A DNA stretch of 64,000 bases from Phoronis australis (GCA_002633005.1 NMRA01000320.1:291640-355639), one strand, 5' to 3'. Positions 25,522-40,383 are shown, numbered from the stretch's first letter. The notes: generated from the sequence alone by a model not told the origin. A program made the numbers and translations.

Positions 25522-26870
25522 GAGCAATTCCATATAAAAACCAGATGGTGGGCTATTATGCACAATCACCAAGTTTTTTGAAACTTAGCACATCAGCTGG
25601 CCTTGTCAACAGAAACCCGAGCCTGAATTTTTAAGAGTTTCTGAGTTTTTTAACCCTTTTTACTACCACTTTGTACTTTTTCTGAAAAATAGCAAATAAT
25701 AGTACTTGGAAGTAGGTGACTTTTTGTCAGCAACAGCACATCATCGCTTCACGCTATTGAAAAGATAACTATACAGCAGAAAGAAGAAAGAATAAAATAC
25801 AAGAAAAACTAGTTCGGATGGATTTATTGATTTTTTATGTCCTCCCATTCGTCTGGTGGTGCACCACACTATCTTCACGTTTCACACTCTGTCTAGACAG
25901 AATACTATCCCCATCCACGCGGTGGTGCACCACACCATCTTCACCTTTCATTGTGAAGTCCATTTCACTACCTTCGGTATGACTAGCCACTTGAACATCG
26001 TGTACAAGCTGTCGGGCTTTCTTTTTCTGCTGGATGTGCTCCTCGTGATCTATCTCACCCTCTTCCTCGCTGGAGTAATAGCCTAAACCAACAAGCGAAA
26101 AAGAAACCATTACACACGAAGCCACAAATAGCATCCTGTATTTAATACCATGGTTAGGCGGGTATTGCAAAGTTTATAAAATACAAGTTTGACCAAAATT
26201 CAGCATGCATTCCTTATAAAAGTAACCACTCGTGACATTCTGCAAAGGGCATGTATTTACTCGTTTCCCATTTTCTATAACTAAGTTTGAGCTCAACATA
26301 CAAGCACCAGAGACACTAAGTGCCAATTTTGTGTAAATTCTCTAAAACACCAATACAGTGGCTCCATCTCGGTTGTAAGTCTCCTCCCCCGCTCAGTGCA
26401 CCACGCGTTGCCAGAAACCTGTTTTCTTGAAACCTCTCCTATGATGTAGATACTTTTTCAACTTCATAAATAATAAGTACCGGCAGTCAGATGACGTAAA
26501 TAACAAGATGGTGTACGATTTCAAAACCACGTTCTCATCTCCACATAACAGTCTCACGAACTCTCCTAGATCATAGTCACGGGTGACTGTCTTAAAAGTA
26601 TGTTTAAGGTGAACAATAATGTTGTTATTTTGATAGGAACACGACTTCCAAATTCCATAAAGATCCTTCAAGGGTATTAGGGGATATAGCGGCTGACGCC
26701 AGACGCTGGACTCCCAGATGTCAGTACCAGGATGACGACAATATTCGCCTGCATAGATGTATTGTATATGTGGCAGAATCAAAAATAGGCCATTATCTTT
26801 GTACTTGATGTCTACTTTTTGAGTGTGTTGGTTTCGCGAGAATCAAGACGCTTCCACTTATTTAGTGGTC
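25522..26870 (-). mobile_element. Possible Sola3-like DNA transposon remnant with exon-like ORFs
   Basis: TTAA|GAGCAATTCC terminus at 25518-25531, and two minus-strand ORFs with acceptor-like starts (25835-26170, 26393-26782). No catalytic motif or second terminus seen. Confidence 0.3.
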
Positions 26871-26879
26871 AAGTACCTT

Positions 26880-28280
26880 CAAAACTTTTGGAATACTTTT
26901 GCTGTTGAAATTTCTAAAACAATTGAAAACAATTGATCTGAAAAATTGCATGATACATCAGAGGTTTTGGTCCAAGAGACCCTGAAGGTGTTAGGAAAAT
27001 TTGTGACGTTAAAACCTTGATTTTTAAATTGAAACATTTGCCCTTGTGCCTGCCTTTCACAGAAACTAAACAGCGCAAAGAATGCAATGCTTTGCAAATT
27101 TATTCGGATATTATAAACATGAAAGAAATCTCTTGAAATTTCCGATATGTCGAAATTTAAGTTTGAGCAAATAGGAAGTGCATAACACTTTCCTTCCATC
27201 AAACCACTGGAAATAACATGGATAAGAAAAGTTTTACATACCTCTAGTTCAGCAAAAAAATCTTGTTAAGCATTAGTTGGAGAACAAAGTACATTTCGTT
27301 CATATGGCCAGGAGATGCCTACTTTAAGAATCTAGTTGGCGAATGTGAAAATTGTTTCTGGGCAGATGTGTTTAATTCAGTATACTCATTCTATCATTTA
27401 TCGCTCAAAAAACTCCATCAGGTTTCGAACTTCATCAGCCTATGTGGGCTATCTCTAATATTATGGTGATTGGCAATGGACCTGTATTGATGAAAAAGGC
27501 AATAGATTAATTTGTTTGTAATTTATGTAACGAGACTGGACACTTATCTTCAACTCGGTCTTGTTTAAAATTCAATTTTGAGCCATCTTTTATAATCCTT
27601 TGCAACGTACAGTGAATTGTGGAACAACTATTTTTAAAAGTGCAAAGGAGGAGTCTTTTTCATACAAATTTTCCCCTTTCTCCAGTGATGTTTTCAAAAA
27701 TTGACATGTGTTGATGAAGGAACTTGAGTATTTTAGGCGACAGTTTTGTAAAAATTTAATTTTTATCAAAATCGAAATCTGGTTTCGGAGTTAAAAAGTC
27801 AAACACCCAATTGCTAGTCATTTTACAAAATGCTTTTATCTTTAGCCCAGTTATCGATGTACTTTTAAAGTGTTTACAGATGAGAGTTGTCCACAGAATA
27901 ATAGTAACATAGTAGTTAATGTTACAAATATGCCTTGCAGATTTTGATCTATGCAGCTTCTGTCATGAGAGGTCATGGGATTTGGTTCACGTGTTCGTTT
28001 GTCAAAAAATTTGGCAAAGAATATCCGAATTTCTCTCAAGCGTAAATAAATATGTAAACATTAATTTGGATGCTTTTACTGAGTCATATTTAGATTTAGT
28101 GGGTACAGGTATCAGTCATTTTACTCTAGCAAATTCAGAATCAATTACCATCTATGGTAGTTTTCAACTTTGAATTAAACGTATTATTTGTAATTTCTGA
28201 ATTCTATTTTCACGGAACAATAGGACATTGATAATATATGCAGTAGTGTACATGTGGTGTGAATGTGTGATAATCTACCT
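26880..28280 (+). mobile_element. Decayed L1/Tx1 LINE 3' remnant
   Basis: Contains a zf-RVT-like LCSFCHERSWDLVHVFVCQKIWQRISEFL and an upstream FWADVF segment similar to the 11.6-kb copy (FWKEAF). Confidence 0.6.
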
Positions 28281-29340
28281 CAACCGCAATAGTATTACAT
28301 GAAACAGGTATTTAGGTAATGCATTATTGCACCTGTGGTTGTTTGTAACTACATGTTTGCATATTCAATAAAAAGACGTTTCTACTGACTATTTGCTCTT
28401 TGTTCAGTTTTAACTACAATGCTAGGAATCACAACATGATATCATTCTTAAACGAATATCACTTGGACCAACATGCGCGCACCCTGGGGGGTTCGGGGGG
28501 GGGCTTGAATGATCCCCCCACTTGACAAAGTGGGTAGAAACGTTCACCCCAGTGTAACAAACACTCCGAAAAAAGTAAACAACGAGACAAAAGTCCATTA
28601 AAAAGGCAAGAACTACCAATGTGCAGCGAATGTCTTGAACTTACCCCACGAATTTTAGTAAAATGTCCACCTTCTCAAAAATTCGAGATTTCCATTTGTT
28701 TTTGGCTGGGTGCGCGTATGATCAATATAAAAACTTCGTAAACAGGGCTCTATTCAAGTTCACTCGCGAGGTTTTTCTTGTAAGAGCATTTATGACACGT
28801 TTAAATACACGGGCAAGAATTTCTCAACACCGCGTCTTGAGATACGCTTACGGACTCATCTGATTCCCACATGTGAGGCACGGTTGGTTTGCATAACAGG
28901 CTTATGAACTGGATCAACTATGATAATACTGAGTTTACGACAGACCTGAATGGAACCCACCGTCTAAATCACATTTGATTTCTTGTCCATAAGCATGTAT
29001 AGAATACGACAAATCAACATTGCCACAGCGTACCTTTGCACATGGCTGCTCGGGGGAAGCCGCCAGTCGCTACCAATTCCACCCCCAGACACCACCAGTT
29101 TCACCCCAACCCCGGTCGATGCCATTTTCATTCCTCGTCAAGTGTCGACGCATTTTACCGCCGATCGCTATCCATTCGACCCCCTCCCCTGCCCCCAGTC
29201 TCGCCACCAATTCACCGCAGCTGGTTCATGAGCCGCGTTTGTTTACCGGCATTGCCAGCTCCAAGAGCCGTCCATTTAGTGTGCGTAAGCCGTGTTAATG
29301 CTTTGTCGTCTGTGGTCAGTTCGTGAGCAATGCTCAGAAG

Positions 29341-32300
29341 TCTGGAGCTATTAGACAGGCAGCCCGGAGCACCTAATGTAGATGAACAACGTACCAACAT
29401 CTGACCATAGGAGCACTTAGAGTCCACCTCAGTATATACGGAAATGGACGTCTGCCGTTGAATGCACTCTGAGTGTGACCCCTGGGGACCTTACACGGGG
29501 GTAAAAAAATGAACTAGCCTCGAGAATTCGAGGTACCGGGCAAAACTGATTTAAAACGAAAAACAGTACCGCTCTGAACACCGAATGACCCATGACAGAC
29601 AAATTGCACTCTGGAATGGGTCCTGCCAGAAACCAAAAAAGGACACCCAAAAATGGGCTAGCTCATACATTCGAGGTTCCGCAAAAACCAATTCCATGTA
29701 ATTCAATACTGTAATGTCACTGACCAGTAATTGCTCCAAGACAGACAAAATGCACTCTGGGTCGCCAGAATCCCCCAAAATGTCAACCACCGTATGCCAT
29801 TGAAAATTTGAGCTAGATTAGATACGCAAGGTACCACTGACTGCCAAATGGATGATGTCGGAAAGTAAGCCTTTTGGAAAATGCCTAATAACACTAAAAC
29901 TTTGGGATACCATGAACTGTCAAAAACAACCCATTAAGTGAGAATTAAGATCACAGCTACTGTAGTATAATGAGCTATAGAAACTGTCTTGTTTTTTTTT
30001 CATTTTAGTCGAGCGGGAAAATATGCATGGGTATGTCGCATTGTCGCAAGGGAAATTATATACACAAAACGTACGGAGAGTGGCGTACATGAAGTAATAT
30101 CCTACGAGACATTATTATGCGTATCGATAAGCGAATAATGTCGATTGGGATATTACTTCATGTACGCACATCAGTGTACGTTTTGTATTTATCCCATACG
30201 CTTCGAATTCCTAAGTTTATGTTCACGTGGCGGATCACATCCTATATGTATGTACTTGCGAGTTAGGCTGCAAGTTTTCTCTAGTAAAAGAAACAGTTTT
30301 AAATTTGACGATTTATCACTTGAGAAGGGATGACAAAGATGAAAACAAAGGTAACTTTTCATTGAACTTGTAACATATTTGATATTGCAGTTATCGAGGA
30401 ATCGGCGCCTGAGTTGCAGACGATAAGATATTTAGCAAATGAAAACTGAGACAGAACATTCATATAATTAACAGTCCTGTTCCAGATGTTACGATTGGGA
30501 CCTGATTGTATGTTGAGCGATATTTATACTGCTATAATTGTATTACTTTAAACTATTTTCCAAAAATTTGGGGATCGAACCGGCTAACAAGGTCACTGTT
30601 GAAGTAGTGCGGGAGGTGAATAGGAAAACTTTATTACATGGCCGTATTTCCCTCGACAGATTCAACGCGTATGGGATAAAATAGTATATGATAGTATGTC
30701 AATTTAGCCGTGCGTCAAAAAGCGAGACATTTAGATGGTGCGTCGGAATGGTGGAAAAAATCAAAAAAGTGGGACAGTCTGCAAAGAGCCTGTTAATTGG
30801 CAAATACACAGTTACGATGTCAGCAACACGAAGTACTGGATTGGGTTCTTTTACAAGGTAAACTTTTAATTTTTTAAAATTTTAGTTCACGTGTGCAGTC
30901 AAGTACTACAGATAACAGTAGGCGTAAGTAAATACTACAGAATAATGAAGTTTCTTGAACACACCTGTTTTAAGGCCCTAAACTTATCCTTTAGGACAAA
31001 AATAACTTCTTTCCGTAAAACAGGATAACACGAATTTAACACTCAAAAATGTCTTGTTGAAAAACTCCTGGTATGCCGAACAGGAAATTTTAAGGACAGT
31101 TTGGTAACATTCCTCCGACAGCAATGGCAGAAAGACCTATATGGACATTTCTTGGGGGAGAAAACACTTGTCTGACATGGCGACAAACTGTATTAGCCTT
31201 CCTTACAGTAGTACTATGGCATCTGATCACCCACCGGATTCTCATGGTTCCCATGAAGAGGTCGACACGCTTCTTACCTTCCACTTCAGTAGTCAACTCA
31301 ATTGGCAATGTATTGATCAGGGCCTCTGACACGGATGTCATTGTAATTATTGGGTGGCTATTTGAAAGTGTTGTGGTGACTATTTCTAGATTATTTTATT
31401 AAAGAAGATATTTAAAAACACGTATGTTGCTTTTCTTTTAAAAGCATTGTTAAGTAGTCAACGTAATGAAAGGATTCTTTGGAAATCCTTTTCTTAGTTC
31501 CTCGATCAAACGCAAACTTAGGGGCCATGTGTTGTCCCTGAAACATATCTTTCCTGCTGGCAGTTTCGATAGCTCATTATACTGCACTAGCTTCAGTCTT
31601 AATCATCACTCAATGGGTTGGTTTTTTAACAATTCCTGGTATCACAAAGTTTTCAGTATTATTGGGTATTTTCCAAAATGCTTACTTACCGCCACTAACC
31701 AATTGGCACTCATTATTCATTTTAAGCAAGGACTCTTCAGTACACGAGAAAGTATTACGGAAATACAAGAATTCACCATGATGAACTGCAAACTAAGCAC
31801 GTGATCACACCTTCCTTATCGAAATTCTTGATTCTACGAAGCTCTACCAAGATTTAACCGGGATCATCATTGTTTAATTAATATATCACGCATTTTCAAC
31901 AGAATTACGTGATTGAGATTTCTGGGGCTGGCACCCACAATCCAGAATGGGATTTTGTGTCACAGGTCATTTAGCAACCAGTAACTTCTGTTTGAATCAA
32001 ATGGAATTGTTTATTGTGGTACCTCGAATATAGGAGCTAGCTCCTTTTTGGGCGTCGTTTTTGAGTTTCTGGCGGACACTTTCCAGAGTGCAATTTGTCC
32101 GTCATGAGTCATTCGGTGTTCAGTGAGGTACTAAATCGTTCGTTTTAAATGAGTTTTAGCTGGTACCTCGAATATTTAATCTAGCTCAAATTTTCAATGA
32201 TATACGGTGCATTGTTGACATTTTGGGGGGTTTCTGGCGGGCACAACCCAGAGCGTATTTTGTCGTGGAGTTTAGTGATCAGTGACATGTACTGAATCAC

Positions 32301-32650
32301 ATGGAATTGTTTTTTGTGGTACCTGGAATGTACGAGCTAGCTCATTTTTGGGGATCCTTTTTCGGGTTTCGGCGGGACCCATAGTGCACTGTCTGAGTGG
32401 CATTTGTCATTCGGTGTTCAGTGCGGTACTATTGTTCGTTTTAAATCAGTTTTGGCCGGTACCTCGAATATCTAGGCTAGCTCATTGTAACCCCCTTGTA
32501 AGGTCCCCAGGGATCGCATCCAAAGTATAGACAACGACAGACGTCCATTTCCAGATATACTGAGGCAGACTCTAAATGCTCCTGTGGTCAGATGTTAGTA
32601 GCTCGTTCATCTATGCTAAGTGCTGGACTGCCCGGTCTATAAGTTCGGAA
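29341..32650. mobile_element. Non-autonomous DNA transposon with long (~500 bp) internally repetitive TIRs
   Basis: 29341-29850 is the diverged reverse complement of ~32150-32650 (e.g. aacatctgacc/ggtcagatgtt, ggaaatggacgtctg/cagacgtccatttcc). The interior has an HEEVDT...SDTDV coding relic at 31252-31339. Confidence 0.8.
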
Positions 32651-35600
32651 ATGCGTGACCGGTTTTGTTCGAGTAGCCTGAAAATATGTGGTACATGCAC
32701 TGTGGACCTTTAGTACGAATAAATGACTCAGCCATACATTCAAGTTTACAAAAATGACATGTTTACACTTTGCAATTTACCATCTTCCATATCCACTGCT
32801 TCTGATGTGTTCGCGACTTATTCGACTACTTCAAGGACGGGAGTCTCGACACCTGTCGGTCATTAAAATTTGCTTGGCCTGAAATTAATTGAATGCAAAA
32901 TTGTTAAGCGTTTAACAGTCTTTGTTGTGTTTTTAAAAAGCTACCTGTCCCGTCATGATACCAGTTAGGGCAAAGACGTTAAGTTATAAACATAAGATCG
33001 ATCTGTTGAAAAAGGGGTAGGCGCAGAAACGGAGGCCCCCTCAACCAAAAGGTTGGGGGGCAGAGATAGCTTTCTTTCCCCAATATTCCATGTGTTGATG
33101 TCAATTAACAATTTTGATCAATGTTAAAACTTTCACGGTGCAAACATTGTTTTAAAACATAATTGAAAAATTAACAGACTCTCATCCCCCAACCGTCCAA
33201 TGTCTCCTACGCCAATGTCCAAAAACTGGGCTCTTAGCCCATCCAAACATGGTTCCAGATCTTTGTTTCGAAAATTCACACCTTACGAGTTACATTATAC
33301 ATTCAAGCAGGGGGGCCTGTGCCCAGTTACAACAGTCCCAAATATCGGATCAACACTCAACATGGGCAGGTCTAAGATTTTTTTAAAAGGGGCGGGGGTC
33401 GGATCAAAGACATTTTAAGAAAGATGACCCAAATCAACAATTATAAAAATCTAGCTATGGCATCACTAAAATCGAGGGAAAATAGTGGGTCCAAACACCT
33501 TTGACAAAGGATCCGCCTGTGCTCAACTGTATTGCCTAAATCTTTTGCGTATTTTTTGTTCCTTACCCACAGTTTTTATACTTTTCTATCATTTTATCGT
33601 TATTACGAGCTCCTCCTTTGACTTATGACGTTTTCTAATAATGTAACTAAAGCGCTGAACCCTTAATTCAGTCAAAATATTTAATTAGGGGCGTTTCCTG
33701 AAAAGATCCCCACTTATTTTCTGTAATATTAAGAATTCAACATAGAAAGCTCACAATTACGCAGTAGTTTTAGGGAACAGAGTGGAGTCACTATTTGGGT
33801 GTGATTCACTGGACCCCCAGTGTCCGTGCCTGATGGTATCCGACGAAATGGGTAGCGAATTGGGGTGGGTAGAAGTGAATGAAACTGGATTCAAGAGGGT
33901 TGGGGTTGAAAACCAGCAACTGGGATGGAATTCCTGCATTGCAGTCCAATAAACTTGCCTTGGATACCTATACATAAAGCAGGCAAGATGCATATTGAAT
34001 ACGCAGTCCATTTGGGGTAGTTTTTACGATGCTTTCCAGCCTTCGTAAACCATTCACATTTTTAAAATCAACTATCAGCAGTTAGTTGAAGCATATTAAG
34101 CCGACATTGGCAGCTAAAAGAGGCCAACTTCAAAGTAAATAACAAGGATGCCTTATTTCCTGACTTGATGTTTTAAGACCTGTGTCAAAACAAAAATCTA
34201 AACAAACGATATCGTCACTGAGTGTAACAGGGTTTCCAAGGTAATACACTACATACTAAAGAAGGCTCAATATGCTTTTAAAAGAACATTTCCTTCGACA
34301 CTTCCTGTTGAAAATTTTCATGCAGGTTACCAAAACATGTACCGGTAATTAATATTTGTTATGTACTGAATCCATATCATGATCACATAATATAGATTAT
34401 TGACCAATGACAGCCAGAATGTTGACTGTATGGGATCACAAGAAATAATTTAAATTAAAAGTAAGAGCGGATAAATAAGAACAATGAATAAACAAATATA
34501 TAAAAATAAATAATAATAAACGAAGTATAAAGAATAGATAAAAACAATTATATGATAATGTAACAATAATAAAATTAGTGAATAAGTAGTAAATATTTTT
34601 TCAGATCTGACTGTATTAAGACTGCAGAAAGAAATGAAAGAAAGAAAGCAATCAATGGGCATAGAATAAACTAATCAGTAGTTCCCAAACTCATGCCAAC
34701 AATTCACTATAATTTTTTATAGAAGTCCCAATCAAATGCAGGGAACATGCAGTAAGCACCATTGCGTTTTTACCGACTGGAGCCGTCATATCTTGCCATA
34801 TTTGTTTATTGCACACACGCCCTCTAGACGTCTCTATCATCTATGGTCCATGAAACAACGACGTCCGCCAGTGGCCGTCCAATGGGATTTCGCTAGGCGG
34901 TTTATCTCCCTCTCTACGGTCTCTAGTTAGGGTATAAGCAAAAAATATCTTACGCGTTTAGGCTAGGAATACATGAAGTTTTACTAAAACAAAAAGAGCA
35001 CTGTGGAACACTGACGGATGTAATAATATTTATATGCGCTGAACATTGCACCGTGTTGATGTTGAAAACGTTTTGTTCACTGTTACACAGTGAGAGAGGG
35101 AACCTAGCCAATGTACCTGTGTATTGGGCCTGGGGAACGCTCGCATGACTTCCCTAAAAAATCAGTGTTCACACCACAGGCGTCCTCAGCTTCTGATCGT
35201 CCCTGTGGTTCAAACAAGCCTTTTACTAGTGATTGAAGAAATCTGAATAATTGTTTCGACGATGTGGGCAACCAACTTGTTTAAGTTAAAAAAATTGGTG
35301 AAACACTTACTGTTCCAGTCAATGACAACCATGCAGTCCATTATTCTGACAAACATAGCAAACTTTTCTTCGAAATAGCCACACCTCATTTTTCGAAGAA
35401 ATCCTAGGAGTGTCAACGGGGACAAGGTCAAGGACACTGGGCTGCGCGCCTTACATTTTCGGGAGCGGGACAATGTCAACGAGCCAATCCAGGTATGCAG
35501 CAAGGACATCTGTTGTCGAAAATCATGATTCTATTTTTGGAGTGCCGGGATTCCCAGACACTCTTCTACAAAGAAGATACGAAAGAAAAAAGCGCGCGGC

Positions 35601-35915
35601 TACCAAAATTTGATCAGCTGGACGTTAAAAGGGAACTGTATTTTATTCTGAATAAATTCTGGATAGTTTTCTATGAATTGTTGATTAATTTCACAAATAA
35701 TTCAATACCAAAAATTAAACTTATGTTCTCTAACGAAGCTCAAAAAATTACCGGCTTGGAGCGCTGCTTAGTCTCGTGACGTATTTGGCGGGGGCAAAGT
35801 CACTGTCCTGTGTTAGCGTGCAATCAAGTAGCGTTTTTTGTATTGTCGGAATAAGAAATTTTAGTGTGAAATTTCGGGTCACAAGGGATACCTGTTTGAG
35901 CCGAGGCAACACAAA

Positions 35916-36181
35916 NNNNNNNNNNNNNNNNNNNNNNNNNNNNNNNNNNNNNNNNNNNNNNNNNNNNNNNNNNNNNNNNNNNNNNNNNNNNNNNNNNNNN
36001 NNNNNNNNNNNNNNNNNNNNNNNNNNNNNNNNNNNNNNNNNNNNNNNNNNNNNNNNNNNNNNNNNNNNNNNNNNNNNNNNNNNNNNNNNNNNNNNNNNNN
36101 NNNNNNNNNNNNNNNNNNNNNNNNNNNNNNNNNNNNNNNNNNNNNNNNNNNNNNNNNNNNNNNNNNNNNNNNNNNNNNNNN
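35916..36181. other. Assembly gap
   Basis: Run of N. Confidence 1.
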
Positions 36182-36576
36182 GCCAAGGCTTGGGTAACCC
36201 GGCGATGGTATGCGATGACCATCCCTTTAGAAGACGCCTTTTTCGAAGAGTTTGAGCAACCAGGTGCCATACAAAAAGGCATAGCGAACCTTTTACAGCA
36301 CTGTGGCAAACAATAAAAAAATAAGGACGATTGATACAATGATAAATTACGATGTAAACTCTTCAAATATGACATAAGCAATGAATGTGCAAAGCAGCCG
36401 ATACCCCGCCGTTCACGTCACTGACACATCAGCCAATCAGCGATGGCTTTCAGAATTCAGTGTTTTGACCATGAATACGAATTGGCTTTTGTTTGGCACG
36501 CAAGTCAGGCAAATGTGAGTTTTATTTGTATGTTAGAACCGATTAACTGCAACATTATTTTGACTACAGTCCCCTT
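36182..36576 (-). mobile_element. 5' end of a THAP-encoding, Kolobok-like DNA transposon
   Basis: ATG at 36282 starts MPFCMAPGCSNSSKK (THAP N-terminal CxxxxC), with CCAAT boxes upstream and a TTAA|AAGGGGACTGT terminus at 36580-36566. Truncated by the gap. Confidence 0.5.
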
Positions 36577-37066
36577 TTAAGACTTATTTGTGCAATGGAT
36601 TGTGGAGATGAAACTGCAGTAAAATAATTTTTTAATGTTTATTGTGAAATTGTCACAGAAAGTGCCAACAGGCATATATAAAGAAATATAAAAACTATAC
36701 ACAAATACATGAATAAAATGTTAGGGTAACAATGAAATGGATAAATAAATCATTTTCATTCGAAATAAATTATTTCACATGTATACAATTTATCTATTCA
36801 CACAAAGAGTTTACTCACACACACGGACTCACACAGAGATTTAATATTAAAAAGGAATTTTGGAAACTATTTCGAATAAAACCTTATTTTCATTTAGGTC
36901 GAGCTCAATCTCTACTCGGTTGGCGACTAATACACTTTGTGTTGGCTTACGTTGTAAATGATCCTCAGTCTGTCGTCGGTGAAGCCCGCTGTAAGCATCA
37001 CAAACCGATCGTCTGCACCAAAACTTTGAATATTTCCAAAATGGAGCGAAAGTACGATGTCAAAGG

Positions 37067-40000
37067 TGTCGCAGACCAAGTAGGCTACCCGACCAAGTGA
37101 GCTTGGTCGGCTTACACGGTCGGACCTCGCAGACCAAGTAGATACCTCCGAATATGTGGCAATGTACCGTTGATGTCCGAATGTTTACCATTGTGTTAAT
37201 AATATGAACGGTTATATCAAATACGGTTTTTCGAAATTAGATTTCATTTTTATGAGCATGTTATCATTAGGACCTCGTGTCTCTAGTGGCGCCAAAATAA
37301 TTCTGGCCAACAAAAATTTTCATTTTAATGTTTTGAACAAGGAAATAGAGTAAGCAACTGTTTGAGTCACGGGCAGGCGGGATACGAGCACCCATGATAA
37401 TACACCACGAATCAAACATTTAGATTCCACATCATCTTTTCATCTGCTTTTTCACATTTTCGATGTCTATAACCGTTTTTCGTGCTTTTCATTGTTAGAA
37501 AACCATTACGGAACTTGGCTCGACTGACACCGACCCCTGGCCTTAGCAAGATATTTTTGAAAATCGAGTGGCAAAATTTTTGCCTATAATTGTAATTAGT
37601 GATCGTTAATAACTTCACACATTCCACAGAACACTCAGACACTATTTGCTGTCAAAAAACATTACTTTGTCCTCCAATTTTAATTCGACAGTAACTTGAA
37701 GGCTTCTCGGCTGATGACAACATACTTGACGTCAAGTTAAACGCAATCAATTTCATTTGGCCCAGCTCCTCCAAAAGAAATGATTACCCCTTCTACATAT
37801 CTCTAGAAAGTTGTCAAGCAATTTTTACGACTCGTGATACATTGTAGTTTTGCTTGCAGTTTTACTTGGTCCGGTCTTACCTGTGCCGGACCGAGTGCCA
37901 ATGACGTCATCAAACTCATACGCAGAATCGATCTGAATCTTTCATAAAGCCTTTCACTTTTTCTTCAAAGACCGCTTTTCCTGTTCACATTTTTGATGTC
38001 TACAATCCTTTTTCGTGCTTTTCACCTTACAAAAACAATTATCAAATCTTCAGTTGTATCCCGTCCGCTTGGCTATGGAACTGAACCGTGACCACATATT
38101 AGGCCGGTGTTGCGCCGCCGGGACCCCAATTCATTGAGGCTATACATTTTGGTCTATATTTGTAATGATTGATTGTTGACAAATTCATGCTGATACCCCA
38201 GGATACAGTCCGATTTTTTATGAAATTTCTTTTAAGTTTTACTAATTGTGATCGCTACCACTGACGGCTCCAAGCCCAGCCTGAGACCGCAGCATAGGCT
38301 ACTTAGCGGCAATGAAAAGTAATTAATTTCGTTTGACATGTACCCAGCAGCTCCAACAAAACCTTTGACTCTTCTACGCGTTTCTAGAAAGTTATCAACC
38401 GATTTTCACTGCTCAATACAATTTAGGTTTGCTTGCAGGTTTACTTGGTCTGGTCCCAGTGTCAACCGGCGCCCGGACCGAGTGCGCTGTGACGTCATCA
38501 TCAATCTCGGAGGTTGTTTACTAGGAGCCTATAGCTGTCGAAACGAGATAATTGCAGGCAATGAAAAGGAATTCATTTGATATGTACTCAGTAGCTACAA
38601 AAATTATCACATCTTCTACGTGTCTCCCCGAAGGTATTAACCAATTTTACGGCTCAATACACTGTAGTTTCCTTGAAGGTGACAAGACGACCGGACCAGG
38701 TAAACCTGTAAGCAAAACTACAGTGTATTGAAAAGTAAAAATTGGCTGGCAACTTTCTAGACACAAGTAGAAGGTTTTTTTGGACCTGCTGAGTACAAAT
38801 CAAATTAATTACTTTTCATGGACATCAATTTTGTCGTCAGTGGACCTCACGGTCAGCCAAAGTAAAACTTAAACGAATTTAGATTTATGTTTTCTGAACT
38901 TCAAATAGAGTGGGAATGTATTATGTGGAATCAGCATGAACTTGTCAACTATCACTAATTACAATTATAGACTGAAAATTTTCAAAACGTACGTCGAAAG
39001 ACCGTTGTCTTAGGAGTGGTCAAGGCGGTGCCAAGTGATACTCGTGGTGTCAAGCCAAGTGAACGATACAAAAAAAGTAATGGTTTTGTTCAGTAAACAG
39101 CATGATCAACTATTTTAGACATGGACAATGCGAATAGAAAAAGCGGTGTTTGAAGGAAAAGTGAAATAACTAACGAAATATTCCGATTCGTCGAGTTTGA
39201 TGACGTCACAGCGCACTCGGTCCGGCAAGCGACGAGACCGGACCAAGTAAACCTGCAAGGATTCAGTACACTGTATTGAGTCGTAAAAATGGTTAATAAG
39301 TTTGTAGAGACACGTAGAAGGGGTAATGGCTTTGTTAGAGCTCCTGGGTACATGTCAAACGAAATAAATGAACTTTCCATTGGCGTTAAGTACACGTATT
39401 CAGTTGTGTCCGGACCTTTTGTAGCCAGACTAAGTGCAATTTAAAAAGAAACTTCATGCTTTAGTGCGACGCAAGTAGGGTATGACTATCCTAGGGTTCG
39501 CCTTGAAGTTGTCAACGATCAATCATAAATATAGACGAAAATTTTGACATTGTGAATTTGTTAAACGTACGTCGATAGACCGATGTCTGAGAGTTGGCAC
39601 CCACGGCAGCACAAAGTGAACGAGTACAAGAAAGGTATTGTTTATGAACCGTGAAAGGCACGGAAAACGACTGTAAACGTTAAAAATGTGAACATGAAAA
39701 GCGACATTTGAAGAAAAATTGAAAAAAAATATGAAATACTAGGCAAGTTTGATGACGTCATAGCGCTCTCGGTCCAGCCGGCCGTTCCCGCACTAGACAG
39801 GACCAAGTAAACCTGCAAGGAAAACTACAGTGTATTGAGCGCAAAAGTTGGTTAATATCTTTCTTGTGAAAAGCAGATGAAAATATTAAAGTAAGAAGTG
39901 AAATCTAAATGTTTGATTCGTGGCGTTGTGTGAGTATTGGGTGCTCAGTCCCATCCCGCCGCCTGGCTGACCGGTGACCATTGCAGTTGCTTACGGGTAC

Positions 40001-40249
40001 TCTATTTCCTGTTCAAAAGATTAAAATAAAGATTTTTGTCGGTCAGAGTTATTTTGGCGTCATAAAAATGAAATATTATTTCAAAAAAAAAAACGTATTT
40101 GGTGGAACGCTCATATTATAACACCATGGCAAACATTCAGGTATCAACGGTACCTTGCAACTCGGTCGGAGGTATCTACTTGGTCTGCGAGGTCCGACCG
40201 TGTAAGCCAACCAAGTTAACTTGGTCGGGTGGCCTACTTGGTCTGCAAC
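37067..40249. mobile_element. Foldback (near-palindromic) non-autonomous element with a TGTCG terminus, possibly Ginger-mobilised
   Basis: gcagaccaagtaggctacccgaccaag (37071) versus cttggtcgggtggcctacttggtctgc (40220-40246). Internal subrepeats in 37440-38690 are mirrored in 38690-39860. Confidence 0.85.
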
Positions 40250-40383
40250 CATAGATTATAATCTATGGTTCAACCAAGGAGTGTAGTAGTATAGGAGAGT
40301 TCACTTGTGGGTTCGCTGTTACCGCTACTACTAGCGCCGCCAAGTGGTGAACAAGCTACGGTCAACCAGGAAGCGCCAAAACA

